Of a stretch of 64,000 nt of DNA, positions 1-14,521 are shown piece after piece. Positions within the stretch are counted from its first letter, which is position 1. Each line of letters begins with the position of its first letter. The notes beneath the pieces are model-generated. The model did no database searches and was not told the DNA's origin. It saw only the letters and a program-made list of their open reading frames with translations. This stretch comes from Octopus vulgaris (taxonomy: Eukaryota): NCBI GenBank assembly GCA_951406725.2, contig OX597822.1, forward strand, positions 23,808,001 through 23,872,000. The letters run 5' to 3'. Position numbers and translations under genes: made by a program.

Positions 1-863
1 CAGTCATTGGACAGCGGCTATACAGGAGCACCACCTCGAAGGGTTTTAGTTGAACAAATCGACCCCAGTGCATAATTTCTTTTTAAGTCCGGTACTTATT
101 CTAGCCGTCAATTTGCTGCAAACCAACATTAGTTGTTAAGCATGTATGTGTATGTGTTCGACGGGCCTCTGCACAGTTTCTGTCTACCAAATTCAATTGG
201 TCAGCCCGGGACTACAGTAGAAGACACTTGCCCAAGATGTCACGCAGTTGGCCAAAACTCGAAACCGCGCGGTTGGAAAGCGACCTTCTTAACCACATCG
301 CCAAGCTTGCGATTATAGCATATGGGTGTTAATGCTAATGTTAGAATTTGTTTTGTGCTGTTTTATATTTTAATCAGGAAGGAAAGACAGCGTCCATCAC
401 CCTGACACTGGTAGGAAAGAATGAAGAAGGTATCGTGAAACAGCAGACCCGGCACGAATGCTTACATCTGATCAACAACCGCTAAAGTTACCCAAGGTGC
501 CGGATAATGGTGTCAAACCGAAGGGATGGATTAAATCTATCGCCCAACTTGCTACTGTTTTTAATTGATGCTTCATTGTTGCTGTTAATTATTGTTGCCC
601 TTGTTGTTATTAAGGTGAGTGAAATTTCGGCTCATGATCATAAAGCCGTGCGTTCGATTCCTGGACTAGGATGGGAGGTGCGTTGTGTTTTTGAGCAAAG
701 CTCATTATTTCACGTTCTTTCAGTCTACTCAACTGAAAATGAGTAGCGGCCGTAATGCTGGTTCAGCCCTCCCTCACCTTCCAGATGTCACACCCTCGAT
801 GTTCCCCCATATCAAAGGCTGGAGAGCTGGCCGTGTTCCCATGTCTATTCACAACTACACAGG

Positions 864-1115
864 TGGAGGCGCGTGACTTAGTGGTTAGGGTGTTGAATTC
901 ATGATCATGAGACTGTGGTTTCGATTCCTGAACCGGGCGACGCGTTGTGTTCTTGAGCAAAACACTTCATTTCACGTTACTCCAGTCCACTCAGCAGGCA
1001 AACATGAGTAATTCTACGATGGACCGGCGTCCCGTCCAAGAGGGGAATTCATACGCCATGAAAGCGGCAAACCGTATGAGTCGTTATGACTCGAGAATGT
1101 AACGTTACCTTTTTT
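864..1115 (+). mobile_element. tRNA-derived SINE (family C-related); further copies ~620-840, 6275-6545, 21017-21585
   Basis: GGAGGCGCGTGACTTAGTGG..GGTTTCGATTCC..GTGTTCTTGAGCAAAACACT. Confidence 0.8.
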
Positions 1116-1535
1116 ACTACAGCTACACTAGCACTAAGACGATTAGTGAAAGCATAGGACAAGCCGCCAACTCATTCTCGCTTGCGAGAGACGGCTAAGC
1201 TTCTTGTTCATATTGTTTGGGTGTTGTTGTTGTTAAGGCTAGAGCTGCTGTTGCTTTTGCTTTTGCTATTGTTGCTATTGTTGCTGCAGCTTAGGGCGAT
1301 GAATTGGCAGAATTGTTAGAGTGACTGATAAGATACTTTGCGGTATTTGTTCCCACCGTCGACGTTCTAAGTTCAAATCCCACGGAAGCAATTTTACATC
1401 TCATCCTTTCAGGATCGATAAAATAAAGTACCAATCCAGTACTGGCTCCGATGGTATCGACTAATACCCCTCCTAAATTGCTGGTCTTTTGCCTACATTA
1501 GAATGTATTATTGTTGTTGGTTAATCCACCTATAT

Positions 1536-1840
1536 GGAGGCACATGGCCTAGTGGTTAGAGCAGCGGACTCGGGGTCGAGGAATCGCGGGTTCGAATCTC
1601 AGACCGGGCGAAACACCTAAGCCCCACGCTTATGAGCGAAACACCTAAGCTCCGCGTGGCTCCGGCAGAAGGTAATGGCGAACTTCTGCTGAATCTTTCG
1701 ACGCAACTTTCACTCTTTCCTCCTGCATCTTGCAGCTCACCTGCGACGGACTGACGTCCCGTCCAGGTGGGGAACCTATACGCCAAGGAAACCGGGAAAC
1801 CAGCCCTTATTAGCCAGGCGTGATTCGAGAAGGAACGAAT
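1536..1840 (+). mobile_element. tRNA-derived SINE (family C) with 15-bp TSD
   Basis: A box TGGCCTAGTGG, B box GGTTCGAATCT. TAATCCACCTATATG at 1522-1536 and 1840-1854. Confidence 0.9.
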
Positions 1841-2004
1841 AATCCACCTATATGTTCTGGGTTCGAATTCTGTTGAGGTCGACTTTACTTTTCATCCTCT
1901 CAGGGTCGATAAAATAATTACCAGCTGAGCACTGAAGCCGATGTAAGAGATTAGCCCCCTCCCTCAAAATTTCAGGCCTTGTGCCTACGGCAGAAAGGAT
2001 TATT

Positions 2005-2970
2005 ACTGTTGTTGTTACTCTTCCTGTTGTAGATATTTCTGCTTCTACTGTTGCTGTTATTAGTGTGTTATCACCGCTGTTGCTACGATTATTGCAAACG
2101 TTGCGAACGCTGCTGTTCTTGCAATTGCCGATGCTAACGTTGTTGCTATTGCCGTTGTATTTTATTATTGTTGTTACCGTTGTTGCTGTTGCTCTCGTTG
2201 TTGCTAACATCTGTTGTTGCTGTTGTGGTTTTTGCTGCTGCTAACGTTGTTGCTACTACTGTTGCTATTTTGTTAATGCAGCTGTTGTTGTTGTTGTTGT
2301 TGCTGTTGTTGTTGATATTGATTTCATTGCTATTTCTGTTGTTGCTATTAAGACAGTGGATCCTTTTGATGTTGCTACTGTTGTCGCTGTGAAAACAGCT
2401 ATCGTTGCGAGCGCTGCTGATGTTGCTACTGCTGTTGTTGTTTCTGTTCTTGCAACAGTTAATAATAGTGACAGTGATGATAATAATGATGGTGATGATG
2501 ATGATGATGACGATGATGGTGATGATAACGACGACCACAACGACGACGATGATGCTGCAAGAAAAAGAGGATGGTGTCGATGATGATGGTGGTGGTGTTG
2601 GTGGTAGTGGTGGTAGTGTTGGTGGTAGTGGTGGTGGTGTTGGTGGTGTTGGTGGTGGTGTTGGTGGTGGTGTTGGTGTTGGTGGTGGTAGTGTTGGTTG
2701 TGATGATGATGATGGTTGGTGGTGCTGCTGCTGATAGTGATGGTAACGGTGGTGGTGGTGGTAGTGGTGATGGTGTTGGTGCTGGTGGTGGTGGCGATGA
2801 TGATAATGATGATGATGATGATGATGGTAGTTGGTGGTGGTGATGATGATGATGGTGGTGGTGGAGGTGCTGCTGCTGCTGATAATGGCGGCGGTGGTGA
2901 TACTTAATGAATAGAAGGAGGCTGATCCTACGGCTGATGATGATGATAGTGATGGTGATTGTGATAGTGC
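2005..2970. repeat. Compound trinucleotide low-complexity tract (GTT/GCT/GAT/GGT)
   Basis: Direct inspection. Confidence 0.95.
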
Positions 2971-3189
2971 TTATTATGTGTAATGTTAAAAAAAAATTAT
3001 CGATACTTTTGTCCTTCCAATTTTTTTTTTTTTTTTTAAGTGGTTTGAGGAAGATTTCGCTACTCTTTCTAGAAGCAAATTAACCAAGCAGTTTCCTCGT
3101 TGTTGGCTTACTGCTGTTATCGTAGTAAATTCTGTTGCAGCTGTTTTTTATTGTTCTTGTTGCTATTGTTACAGCTATTTCTGCCACCG

Positions 3190-3710
3190 TTGTTGTAGTT
3201 GTTGTTGTTTAAGCGCAGATCGGTTTTGATCGGACAGACATGCTATGAAAGGCATTCCAACCGTGACCATTTCACCTTTTGTCTTCATGTATACCAAGGA
3301 CTTTATTATCCGGTGTATGTGCTTTACTTAAGATGATAGGATACGATTTGGCTGCTATTTCTAGTTTGCAGATCGACCGTGTAGATGACCCACTGTGTAG
3401 CTACAGTTGTTTATAATGTAAACGTACCTAACGGTAGTTGTTGCTGTTGTTGATGTTGTTAAAATTCCAGTCGTTGCTGCTGCAACTAATGTTTTGCTCC
3501 AACTGAGCCCTAATGAAACAGACGCTCCAGCCGTGATCATCCAGTCTTTCTTTCTATATTAAGACTACGTTTTATTTTTCATAAAAAGCCATCTGCTACG
3601 GTGATAGTGATGATTGTTGTGGGGTATTTAGTTGTAGGTATGTTATGATTTGAGGGATATTGCACTCCTATTTGAAGTAGATCAAACAATCACGAAAAGG
3701 CTTCGCTATT
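3190..3710. repeat. Old dispersed ~200-bp repeat (GATTTG..GCTGCTATTTCTAG motif, (GTT)n end); also ~5880, 17215, 20815, 22000, 26030, 28110
   Basis: Recurring degenerate motifs GGCATTCCAG..GACCAT and GATTTGAGGGAGATTT.GCTGCTATTT. Confidence 0.6.
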
Positions 3711-3917
3711 AGCTTACTGCTGATGTTGCAACTGTAGCTATTGTCGCTGTTGTTACAGATGTTGTTATTACAACTATAACTATTTTTGCTGTTATTACTT
3801 ACGATGTTTACTGTGCTTTTAGAAACTACATTTACTATTGTTGCCGCTACTAGTTCTGTTGTAGTTTTTTTTTTTTTTGTGATATTGGTTCTGCTGTTGA
3901 CACTGTTGCACTCTACT

Positions 3918-4545
3918 GCCAGGGCAAGACCAGGTTTTGGTCACGAATTGGAGCGTCAATCTTAGGAATGAGCAAGTGTCTCCGCTGTGCAGCATCTGAA
4001 ATAGAGTGGACGAAACCATTGCCCATATCACGAACGAATGTCCTAGGCTTGCCCAAAACTACCCCAAGTCGTGGAGACACGATCAGGTAGCGAAAGTGCT
4101 ACATTGGAAACTGTGTGAAAAGTGGGGGATAGAGAGAGGCAAGACGTAAAATGAGCACAAACCGCAGGGAGTGGCGGAGTCGGAAACCTGCAAAATCCTC
4201 TGGGATTTCCCAATCCAAACAGATCAGGTATTAGGGCATAAAAGACTGGACCTAGTGGTGGTCGACAAGATTCACTACATTTGCTATATAGTTAATGTTA
4301 CGTGCTCCTTTGACCCCAAAATGATCAATAAGCAAGGCGAAAAAAAGATAAATACAACCCCCTTAAGTACGAAATAACACGGCTATGGAAGATGAAGAAG
4401 GTGAAGATAATGCCAATTATTGTTGAGTCTTTAGAAACAGTATCAGGGTCCTTGGGAACAGATAGTTGAAAAGAACAGATGGCATGGTACCGTAGGCTGC
4501 AGGAAGCAAGCCCGCTACGCATGTACGACCCAGGAGTTCCAGCAA
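3918..4545 (+). pseudogene. R4/Dong-type non-LTR retrotransposon C-terminus (CCHC knuckle + restriction-like endonuclease)
   Basis: SPLCSI*NRVDETIAHITNECPRLAQ..RHDQVAKVLHWKLC..KILWDFPIQTD..KRLDLVVVDK..EKK.KY..RLWKM..PIIV. Stops and frameshifts; short (TAA)n downstream. Confidence 0.88.
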
Positions 4546-4750
4546 AATTTGCGATGAAAAGAAAAATAATAATAATAATCCTTTCTATCATAGGCTCAAG
4601 GCCAGAAATTTTATGAGAGGAGACTCGTCAATTATATCGAGCCCAGTACTCAGCTAGTACTTAATTTATCGACCTCGAAAGGATGAAAAGCAAAGTCAAC
4701 CTCGTAGGAATTTGAACTCAGAACGTAAAGATGAATTATATACAAATAAT

Positions 4751-4803
<53 letters not shown>

Positions 4804-4843
4804 TCACACACATATATATATATATACATATATATGTATGTAC

Positions 4844-4876
<33 letters not shown>

Positions 4877-5240
4877 CATACATATATGCATACAGATATA
4901 CATACATATATACATACATATATACATACAGATATATATATATACACATACATATATACATATACACACACACATGTAAATATATATATGTACAGATATA
5001 TGTATATATGTGTGTGTGTGGGTGTGTGTGTATGTGTACGTGTGTATATTTGCACGTGTATAAAGGAAAGTGTGGTATATAGAGAGTTCAGTATGAGCCC
5101 AAGGTATTCATCTTAAAGGCCCGTAGAAGAAAAGCCACCAAGCGTGACACAGGTATGTATATGATTTGTGTATGGTTAGTGTAAGGAAGCGGTCGAGAAT
5201 GAGGGAGGAGGGTTGTGCATGAAATCGATTTTTCGTTCAC

Positions 5241-5274
<34 letters not shown>

Positions 5275-5503
5275 CAGAGAGAGAGACAGAGACAGAGACA
5301 GAGAAAGAGACAAAAGTGTGTGCGCATATCTGAGTATGTGTGTGCATATCTATGTGAGTGTGTGTGTGTGTATGTGTGTGTGTGTGCGTGTGCGTGCGTG
5401 TATGTATGTGCGAGTGTGTGTGAAGATATAGCGTGGATAATGGAGAAGCTCACGTGCTCTCTGTGTGATTTACCTGTAGAACTGGTCTGCTGTCACTGTA
5501 TAG

Positions 5504-5575
<72 letters not shown>

Positions 5576-5601
5576 AGTACATATAAATGTATATATGTAT
5601 G

Positions 5602-5691
<90 letters not shown>

Positions 5692-6091
5692 TAGATATAT
5701 ATATACATATACATATATATACATATATACATATATACATACGTATATATACATATATATGTATACATATATGTATATATATATATATATATACATATAT
5801 ATATTTATACATACACACACACACATTCAAATCTTAGAATGTAAAGTTGTGTGTGTGAATTTTGTGTGAGTGTTTATTGTTGTTGTTGTTGTTGTTGTTT
5901 TGTCCAGAACAACCCTGATTGTGCAGGTCTTTCATGAAAGACAATCGAAGCATGACCATCCTATTTTCTTAGGATTACCTGGTTTTATTATCCCTAATGT
6001 ACTCTGTCCGTCTATAAAACGTTCGGCAGTGATTTAGAGAAAGGGTTTTGGCTGTTATTTCTAGCAGGCTTGTGTGGGTGTGTGTGTGTGG

Positions 6092-6123
<32 letters not shown>

Positions 6124-6683
6124 AGTGAAATGGAAGAAGGAACTACAATACTCGACCGGTTCTTTATTTATCGATCCTGAAATTACAGAAAACCAAGTTG
6201 ATCTCAGCGTTATTTGAACTCAGATAGCCGGAACAGATATTGCGAAGCATTCTGTCCAACACTCTGGCACCTAAATGCACATGGCCGTGGCTAGGGCTAG
6301 ATTGCTGCACTCACGATCGCGAGATCATGGTTTCAATTCCTGGACCGAGTGATGCATCGTGTTCTTGGGCAAAACTTTTATCTCACATTGATCAGCGATC
6401 ACTTCGACACCTGACGTGTGGTAAACCATGTACCTGTTCAGAGAACACCGATTTGATGGAGTGGCTGAGCTCATGTACAGCACGAACATTTGATCACTAT
6501 AAACAAATCATTTATGCATATTGTTCGGCAAGAAATTGCAGAACCAAAAGGATAAAAAATGCAATGTTGACCTCGGTAGGATTTGAACTCAGAGCTCAGA
6601 CAGTGGGAACAAATACCGCGAAGTAGTATATCCAACGCTCTAACAACTACACCAATTCGTTACCTACTTTAGATTAAAATATA

Positions 6684-7060
6684 CTCTTTTACTCTTTTAC
6701 TTGTTTCAATCATTTGACTGTGGCCATGCTGGAGCACCACCTTTAGACGAGCAAATCGACTAACCCAGGACTTATTCTTTGTAAGCCTAGCACTTATTCT
6801 ATCGGTCTCTTTTGCCGAACTGCTAAGCTACGGAGACGTAAACACACCAGCATCCGTTGTCAAGCGATGGTGGGGGAACAAACACAGACACACAGACACA
6901 CACACATACATATATACATACATATATACGACGGGCTTCTTTCAGTTTCCGTCTACCAAATCCACTTACAAGGCTTTGGACGGCCCGAGGCTATCGTAGA
7001 AGACACTTGCTCAAGGTGTCACGCAGTGGGACTGAACCCAGAACCATGTGGTTGGTAAGC
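6684..7060 (-). mobile_element. SINE family A; - copies also at 1-307, 8135-8400, 37920-38552, 55425-55600
   Basis: Reverse complement of 7573-7970. Confidence 0.9.
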
Positions 7061-7572
7061 AAGGTCGACTTTACCTTTCATCCTTTCGGGGTCGATAAAT
7101 TAAGTACCAGTTACGCATTGTCTCGATGTAATCGACTTAATCCGTTTGTCTGTCCTTGTTTGTCCCTTCTATGTTTAGCCCCTTGTGGGTAATAAAGAAA
7201 CAAATATTTGGATTCTTTTCTGTCCAAAATAAAACAACTTTTCCCAATGTTTCCATAATGCTACTTTGTATGTATAGTTTGTATATAAAGTTAGCAAAAG
7301 TCTACCGGATACGCTGGTTCAGATTTTTCTTCGTTTCTTTTCATTGCTCTAATAGTTACTGCGCTATTATTAAGCTGTTTTGCATTTTCTCTTGAACTTC
7401 TTTGATTTTGAAAATGATTTGATATTTTCATTTTCATTTTCAGAGAAAAACGACTTTCATGGCATTTGAAAAATGTATTATTCAACAGGAAAAAACTTTT
7501 CACAAATTATGTATTTAAAAATAGCAATTGAAACTTAAGCGTTGGTTTGAATGGATTTACTTCACCATCGTA

Positions 7573-7970
7573 GGAGTAGGAGTGGCTGTTTGGTAAGTGG
7601 CTTGCTTACGAACCACATGGTTCCGGGTTCAGTCCCACTTTGTGACACCTTAGGCACGTGTCTTCTGCTATAGCCTCGGGCCGTCCAAAGCCTTGTGAGT
7701 GGATTTGGTAGACGGAAACTGAAAGAAGCCCGTCGTATATATGTATATATATATGTATGTGCATGTATATGTTTGTGTGTCCGTGTTTGTACCCCCAACA
7801 TCGCTTGACAACCGATGCTGGTGTGCTTATGTCCCCGTAACTTAGCGGTTCGGCAAAAGAGACCGATAGACTAGGCTTACAGAGAATAAGTCCAGATTTG
7901 CTCGACTAAAGGCGGTGCTCCAGCATGGCCACAGTCAAATGACTGAAACAAGTGAAAGAGTAAAAGAGAG
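7573..7970 (+). mobile_element. SINE family A (CORE-like CACCTTGGGCAAGTG, internal (TA/CA)n, AAAAGAGT tail); + copies also at 25680, 28820, 30283, 44140, 46481
   Basis: Multi-copy similarity within the window; Pol III boxes TGGCTGTGTGG / GGTTCAGTCCC. Confidence 0.9.
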
Positions 7971-8390
7971 TATCTCACTACGGAAAAGGTGAAATGAAAG
8001 GGAAATGGGAATGAGATGTTTGTTTCTACGTAAAGTTTAAAAAAATGAAAATAAATATTAGAGAATTGGAAACAGAAAAAATCGCTCAAAGTGAACTGAC
8101 AAGAGAGTAAACGAACGAAAGAGCTTATGCATATCTTTTATCTCTTTTATCATTTACGTGTTTCAGTCATTCTGCGGCCATGCTGGAACACCGCCTTGAA
8201 GTGTCTTAGTCGAACAAATCGTCCCCAGGTCCTATTTTGTTAAAGCTTAGTCCTTATTCTATCGGTCTCATTTGCCGAATCGCTAGCTTACGGGAACGTA
8301 AACACACCAACACCGGTTGCCACAAGCAGTGGTGGAGGACAAACAGAGACACAGGCAAACGCATAGACATATACATACATATACATGCAT

Positions 8391-8995
<605 letters not shown>

Positions 8996-9147
8996 TGTAT
9001 ATATTAATATTAATAAGTACCGATATTATACATATTTGGCTAATAGTTTTTTTTATAAAAAAAAAAAATTTTGTTGGGTACCTATCTAGCAGTATATTGG
9101 ATATATATTATCCCATGGTGGGTTGAATTTTCAACCCCTATCTCATT

Positions 9148-9187
<40 letters not shown>

Positions 9188-9188
<1 letters not shown>

Positions 9189-9385
9189 TCTTTTACTTGA
9201 TTCAGTCATTTGACTGTGGCCATGCTAGAGCACCGCCTTTAGTCGAGCAAATCGACCCCTGGACTTATTCTCTGTAAGCCTAGTACTTATTCTATCGGTC
9301 TCTTTTGCCGAAACGCTAAGCTACGGGGACGTAAACACACCATCGATTGTCAAGCGATGCTGGAGGTACAAACACAGACACACAA

Positions 9386-9435
<50 letters not shown>

Positions 9436-9620
9436 GCACCCACCCCCACACATATATATATACGACAGGCTTCTTTCAGTTTCCGCCTACAAGATCCACT
9501 CACAAGGCTTTGGTCGGCCCGAGGCGATAGTAGAAGACACTTGTTCAAGGTGCTACGCAGTGGGACTGAACCCGGAACCATGTGGTTGGTAAGCAAACTT
9601 CTTACCACACAGCCACGCCT
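9188..9620 (-). mobile_element. SINE family A
   Basis: Full-length reverse-complement copy. Confidence 0.9.
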
Positions 9621-9902
9621 GTGCCCTCTGTGTGTGTGTTCGTGTGTGTATGTATGTGTGTGTGCGTGTCTGCATAGTTTTGTATGTATACATATATGCA
9701 GTTATATGTATGCGTATGTGTATATGCGAGTGTGTTCGCGTGTGTGTGCACTCGCTGGCGTACGTTTGTATAAATACATGGACGCATGTATTATTTATAT
9801 AGAAATTACAAATTCCTCCTTTTAGAGTGCATTGAGTACTTTGTCATTTTTTAATGAAGATTATCAGGAATGCATGCAGGGAGGGAGACAGAGATTGTTG
9901 CT

Positions 9903-10018
<116 letters not shown>

Positions 10019-10318
10019 ATAAATTGATACTTAGCTAGACAGAATGAGAGAAAGTGAGGGAGTGAGAGAGGACTTTGGTAAGAAAGACGTATAGACCGAC
10101 AGATACAGAGACAAACTAACGGAGATATAGATCGATCGATCGATCGATCGATCGATATTCGATATATATATGTATGTATGTATGTATGTATATATGTGTG
10201 TGTGTGTGTTTATTCATCTATATAGATTGCTTTTGATTTAAGTGTAATGTAATGTATATCTATTTGTTAAACAATCTATCTATCTATGTATACACACACG
10301 CACACACACACACATTTA

Positions 10319-10387
<69 letters not shown>

Positions 10388-10457
10388 AGGGGGAGAACGG
10401 GGAGGGAGAGAGACTTGCATGGAAACCAGAATATAACAGCAAAAGTGCGAGAGAGAT

Positions 10458-10493
<36 letters not shown>

Positions 10494-10516
10494 TGAGCAG
10501 TAGCAGCAGCAGCAAC

Positions 10517-10549
<33 letters not shown>

Positions 10550-11179
10550 CGGGACGAGAAAGGGTAAGAAGAGGTAGAGGTGGAGAAGGATGGGGAGGAG
10601 AGCGGCTTCAGAATGGCGATTGTGAAAACAAATATAAAAAAGCTCAATAATAATTTTTTTAATAGTAATAACGGTTGTTACGTGGAGGTAAGACAATAAA
10701 AGTAAATATATGTATATATATATATATATATATATGTCTGTATGTATGTATATAGTCAAAGCAAATTGGCCAGGTGAAAACAAGCACGTGGTTTCTTATT
10801 TATTTGTCTATTTATTTATTTAGCAGCTTTTTTTTTGCATAATTAAAATATTCGTGTGGATTCAGCAGTGGTCGAAAAAGGAAGGACGTCACGAGGTGTT
10901 GTCTACTTAACCGAGGTGTACTCACACTGTTATAATGTATTAACACCAGTGGAGTGTCCATAAAATGCACGTGAAGATACAAGCCGTATCGATAGAGGGC
11001 TTTCTTCATAGAAACGCACACACGTACATGAAACGGACGTAGCAACTGGTTAAGACGCCAACACACACACGGTCGCGAGTGCGCGCCCACACTTGTTCAC
11101 ACGCATTTAGTCGATGTTGGGTTGTGTGTGTGTGTATGTGGAGATGTGTGAGTGTGTGAGTGTGTGTGTGTGTGCGTGT

Positions 11180-11218
<39 letters not shown>

Positions 11219-11633
11219 CGTTGATGTGCGTGTTGTGTTGATTAACAGGTAGGAAGATGGTAAAGAGTACACTAGGTGGAACTCTCACTTTATTGGTCAA
11301 AGTACAGATTGATAAGGCCTTGTGCACGGACAGGAATGTATTTGTGTGTGTGGGGGGTGTAAGAGAGAGAGAGAGAGAGTGAGTGTGTGTGTGTATGTAT
11401 ATGCGTGTATGTGCGCGCATGTATGTGTGAATGTGTCTGTATGTTTGCGTTTATGTGTACAGGTGGGATTGTACGCTTGACCTTCGCAGGTCTTATGATT
11501 TATGTATGTATGCATGTATGCATGTATGTAAATATATATGTGTGTGTGTGTGAGTGTGTCTACATATACGTGGATGCTTATAAATACATATACAGGCATG
11601 TGTACACATACACATACATAAATATATACATAC

Positions 11634-11687
<54 letters not shown>

Positions 11688-11856
11688 GACCATAGCGGAT
11701 CTATTTCTAGCATAAGGGTGTCCACATAGTGGTTTTCCTCTAATATGTATATAATACAATTTTACTGAACCTTCAGTTTTTTTATATGCTAGACCACTGG
11801 TGTGAAATCGATGTTAATTAAATTGATATCTTATTTCTCACCCTCATTTTAAATTT

Positions 11857-11935
<79 letters not shown>

Positions 11936-12140
11936 TGTATGTATGTATGTATGTATGTATGTATGTGTGTATGTATGTATTATTTTAATCGAGCAGGTCT
12001 CTTTTGCTATTCTGAGTTTCACCTGTAATACAGAATCCTCGAGCAGGTTGTGATTCTCACTATCTACCTGTCTACCTGTCTGTCTTTCTGTCTGTCTCTG
12101 TCTGTCTGTCTGTCTCTCTCTCTGTGTCTTTCTCTATGTC

Positions 12141-12188
<48 letters not shown>

Positions 12189-12343
12189 CACCCCTGTCTC
12201 CCTCTGTCATTCTCTCTATATATTTGCGCATGAGTGTGCGTGTGTGTGCGTTTGCACGTGCAGGCGGCATGTATGTGTGTTTCTCTACTTTCAAAGTAAG
12301 CGTGCTTCGTTTTGTGTTATATGTGTGTGTGTGTAAGTGTTTG

Positions 12344-12388
<45 letters not shown>

Positions 12389-12683
12389 GTATATGAGTAT
12401 GTTTATGTCCCATGTATATACTGCATACGTGCACGTATATATACATACATGTATGCATGCATGTATGGTACACATGCGTTCCTGCAGACATACATCGCTT
12501 TTTATACCTACATAAAACAGGCACGTGACTTCTATCAAAGTATCGAGTTGACACTACACCTCAAGTAAAATCGGGTGGACAGCAGCCACTCGGATGGCAT
12601 GCATTATCTACCTGTACTTAAATGGCCTCACCTGATACGCTATGACTCCTTCAATCTGCCTAACGATGCCAAAGAATGAGCTA

Positions 12684-12729
<46 letters not shown>

Positions 12730-12954
12730 TGAGGTACACGCTAAATCAATAAGCACGAAGGGCAGTTGATCGATGAACTAGAATACTCGTTTACTCGTTG
12801 GCGAAATCGATGGATAACTATTTATTGACTCTCTCTGACAAACTGACTGACTGTCTGTCTGTTTCTCTCTCTCTCTCTATCTATCTATCTCTATCTCTCT
12901 CCCTCTACGCTAGTATGTATTATGTATGTATGTATGTATGTATGTATGTATGTA

Positions 12955-13022
<68 letters not shown>

Positions 13023-13025
<3 letters not shown>

Positions 13026-13236
13026 TAATCCTTCGACTATCGCGGGTGTTACGTTCCAAAAATCCCCGCGATAGGTGAAAATCTGCGAAGTACAAACAGT
13101 ACTGTACTGTATATTTTTTTTTTGTATTATTTTTTTATAATTTATATATATCTATTTTATCATAAATGCAAAACAACACCACAGAGAAATCGACGTAAGC
13201 TTAAATAAAAAACCGCGATATGGCGAGGGATTACTG
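13023..13236. mobile_element. pogo/Tigger-type MITE
   Basis: TIRs AGTAATCCTTCGACTATCGCGG / CCGCGATATGGCGAGGGATTACTG, followed by TA. Confidence 0.75.
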
Positions 13237-13250
13237 TATGTATATATGTA

Positions 13251-13325
<75 letters not shown>

Positions 13326-13439
13326 TTTATTTAAAGCAGCAGAAAATTTTCTGCTGCTTTAAATAAAGCATATTACTCTACCAATGGTATTTGAGTACTC
13401 TTTTTTTTCCACCTTGTTTCACATTTATGTGTTTACTCC

Positions 13440-13477
<38 letters not shown>

Positions 13478-13484
13478 GGTAAAT

Positions 13485-13592
<108 letters not shown>

Positions 13593-13840
13593 TCACGCAT
13601 ATATTTATGTATATATGTAATTATATATAATAATGTATGTATAATGTATGTATAAGTAGTTATTTAAACCTGGAATATACACATGGTAGTAAACCGATTG
13701 AAGAACTTTCACTGTTTATGGCTACCTGATGTCATCCACAGTATTGATATAACTGCCACTGGATCTACCTCAGGAATTCCTCAGTGTTCGTCCAGTATAT
13801 AACAAATGAATAAAACAAAACGAAATTCACGAGATCCATC

Positions 13841-14521
13841 TGTACTGTCTCGAAAGTAATGACGGCGTTTGAGAAAGAGTGAAAAATCTCCTGGTCAAAA
13901 CAAAACTCTGGAAGAAAACCAAAACTTTCAGATAGGGACTGTCGAACTTTTACAGGAATTGTTAGAAATTATCACAAAAGTACAGCTCCCAAAATTACTG
14001 CAGAGCTTAATGGCCATCTCGAGAACCCAAGGAGGGCTGCAATCAGAAAACTACTACTTTCAAAAACAAACGTTGCAAAGTGTTTAGAGTGGAGTAAAAA
14101 CCTACAGAATAGAGCAGTGGAAGAATGCTATTGTCTCGGACGAGTCATCCTTTACCTTACTTCCGACCACCGACCGAGTATACATGTGGAGACAGCCAAA
14201 AGAAGCATTTGACTCAGACTGTCTTCTTCCAACTGTTAAACATAGAGGAGGATCTGGGATGATCTGGGTGTGAGGGCTATATCTTTGAAATCCGCCGTTC
14301 CATGGTAAAATTAAAAGTCAAGACATTTTAGCTGATCAAATTCATCCTATGGTTGCAGAACTGTTTCCGGAGGGAAACGCAATCTTTCAGGATGATAATG
14401 CACCAATTCACACAGCTAAAGTTGTTACTAAACGGCACGAGGAACATTCTAGTGAAGTTGAACATCTTATCTGGCCACCACAGTCCCCAGATTTCAATAT
14501 TATTGAACATTTATGGTGCAT
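13841..14521 (+). pseudogene. Tc1-like transposase fragment, DD36E spacing
   Basis: NSGRKPKLSDRD, VSDESSF, PTVKHRGGSGMIW, FQDDNAPIHTAK..WPPQSPDFNIIEHLW. Multiple deletions and stops. Confidence 0.92.

Noticed and set aside
1536-1605. tRNA-like heads (also 864, 14900, 39250, 45490)
   Set aside because: A/B boxes continue into SINE bodies with tails and TSDs; not tRNA genes.
1981-2907. Poly-Leu/Val/Gly/Asp/Asn ORFs
   Set aside because: Trinucleotide low-complexity sequence open in most frames on both strands; no domain or splice evidence.
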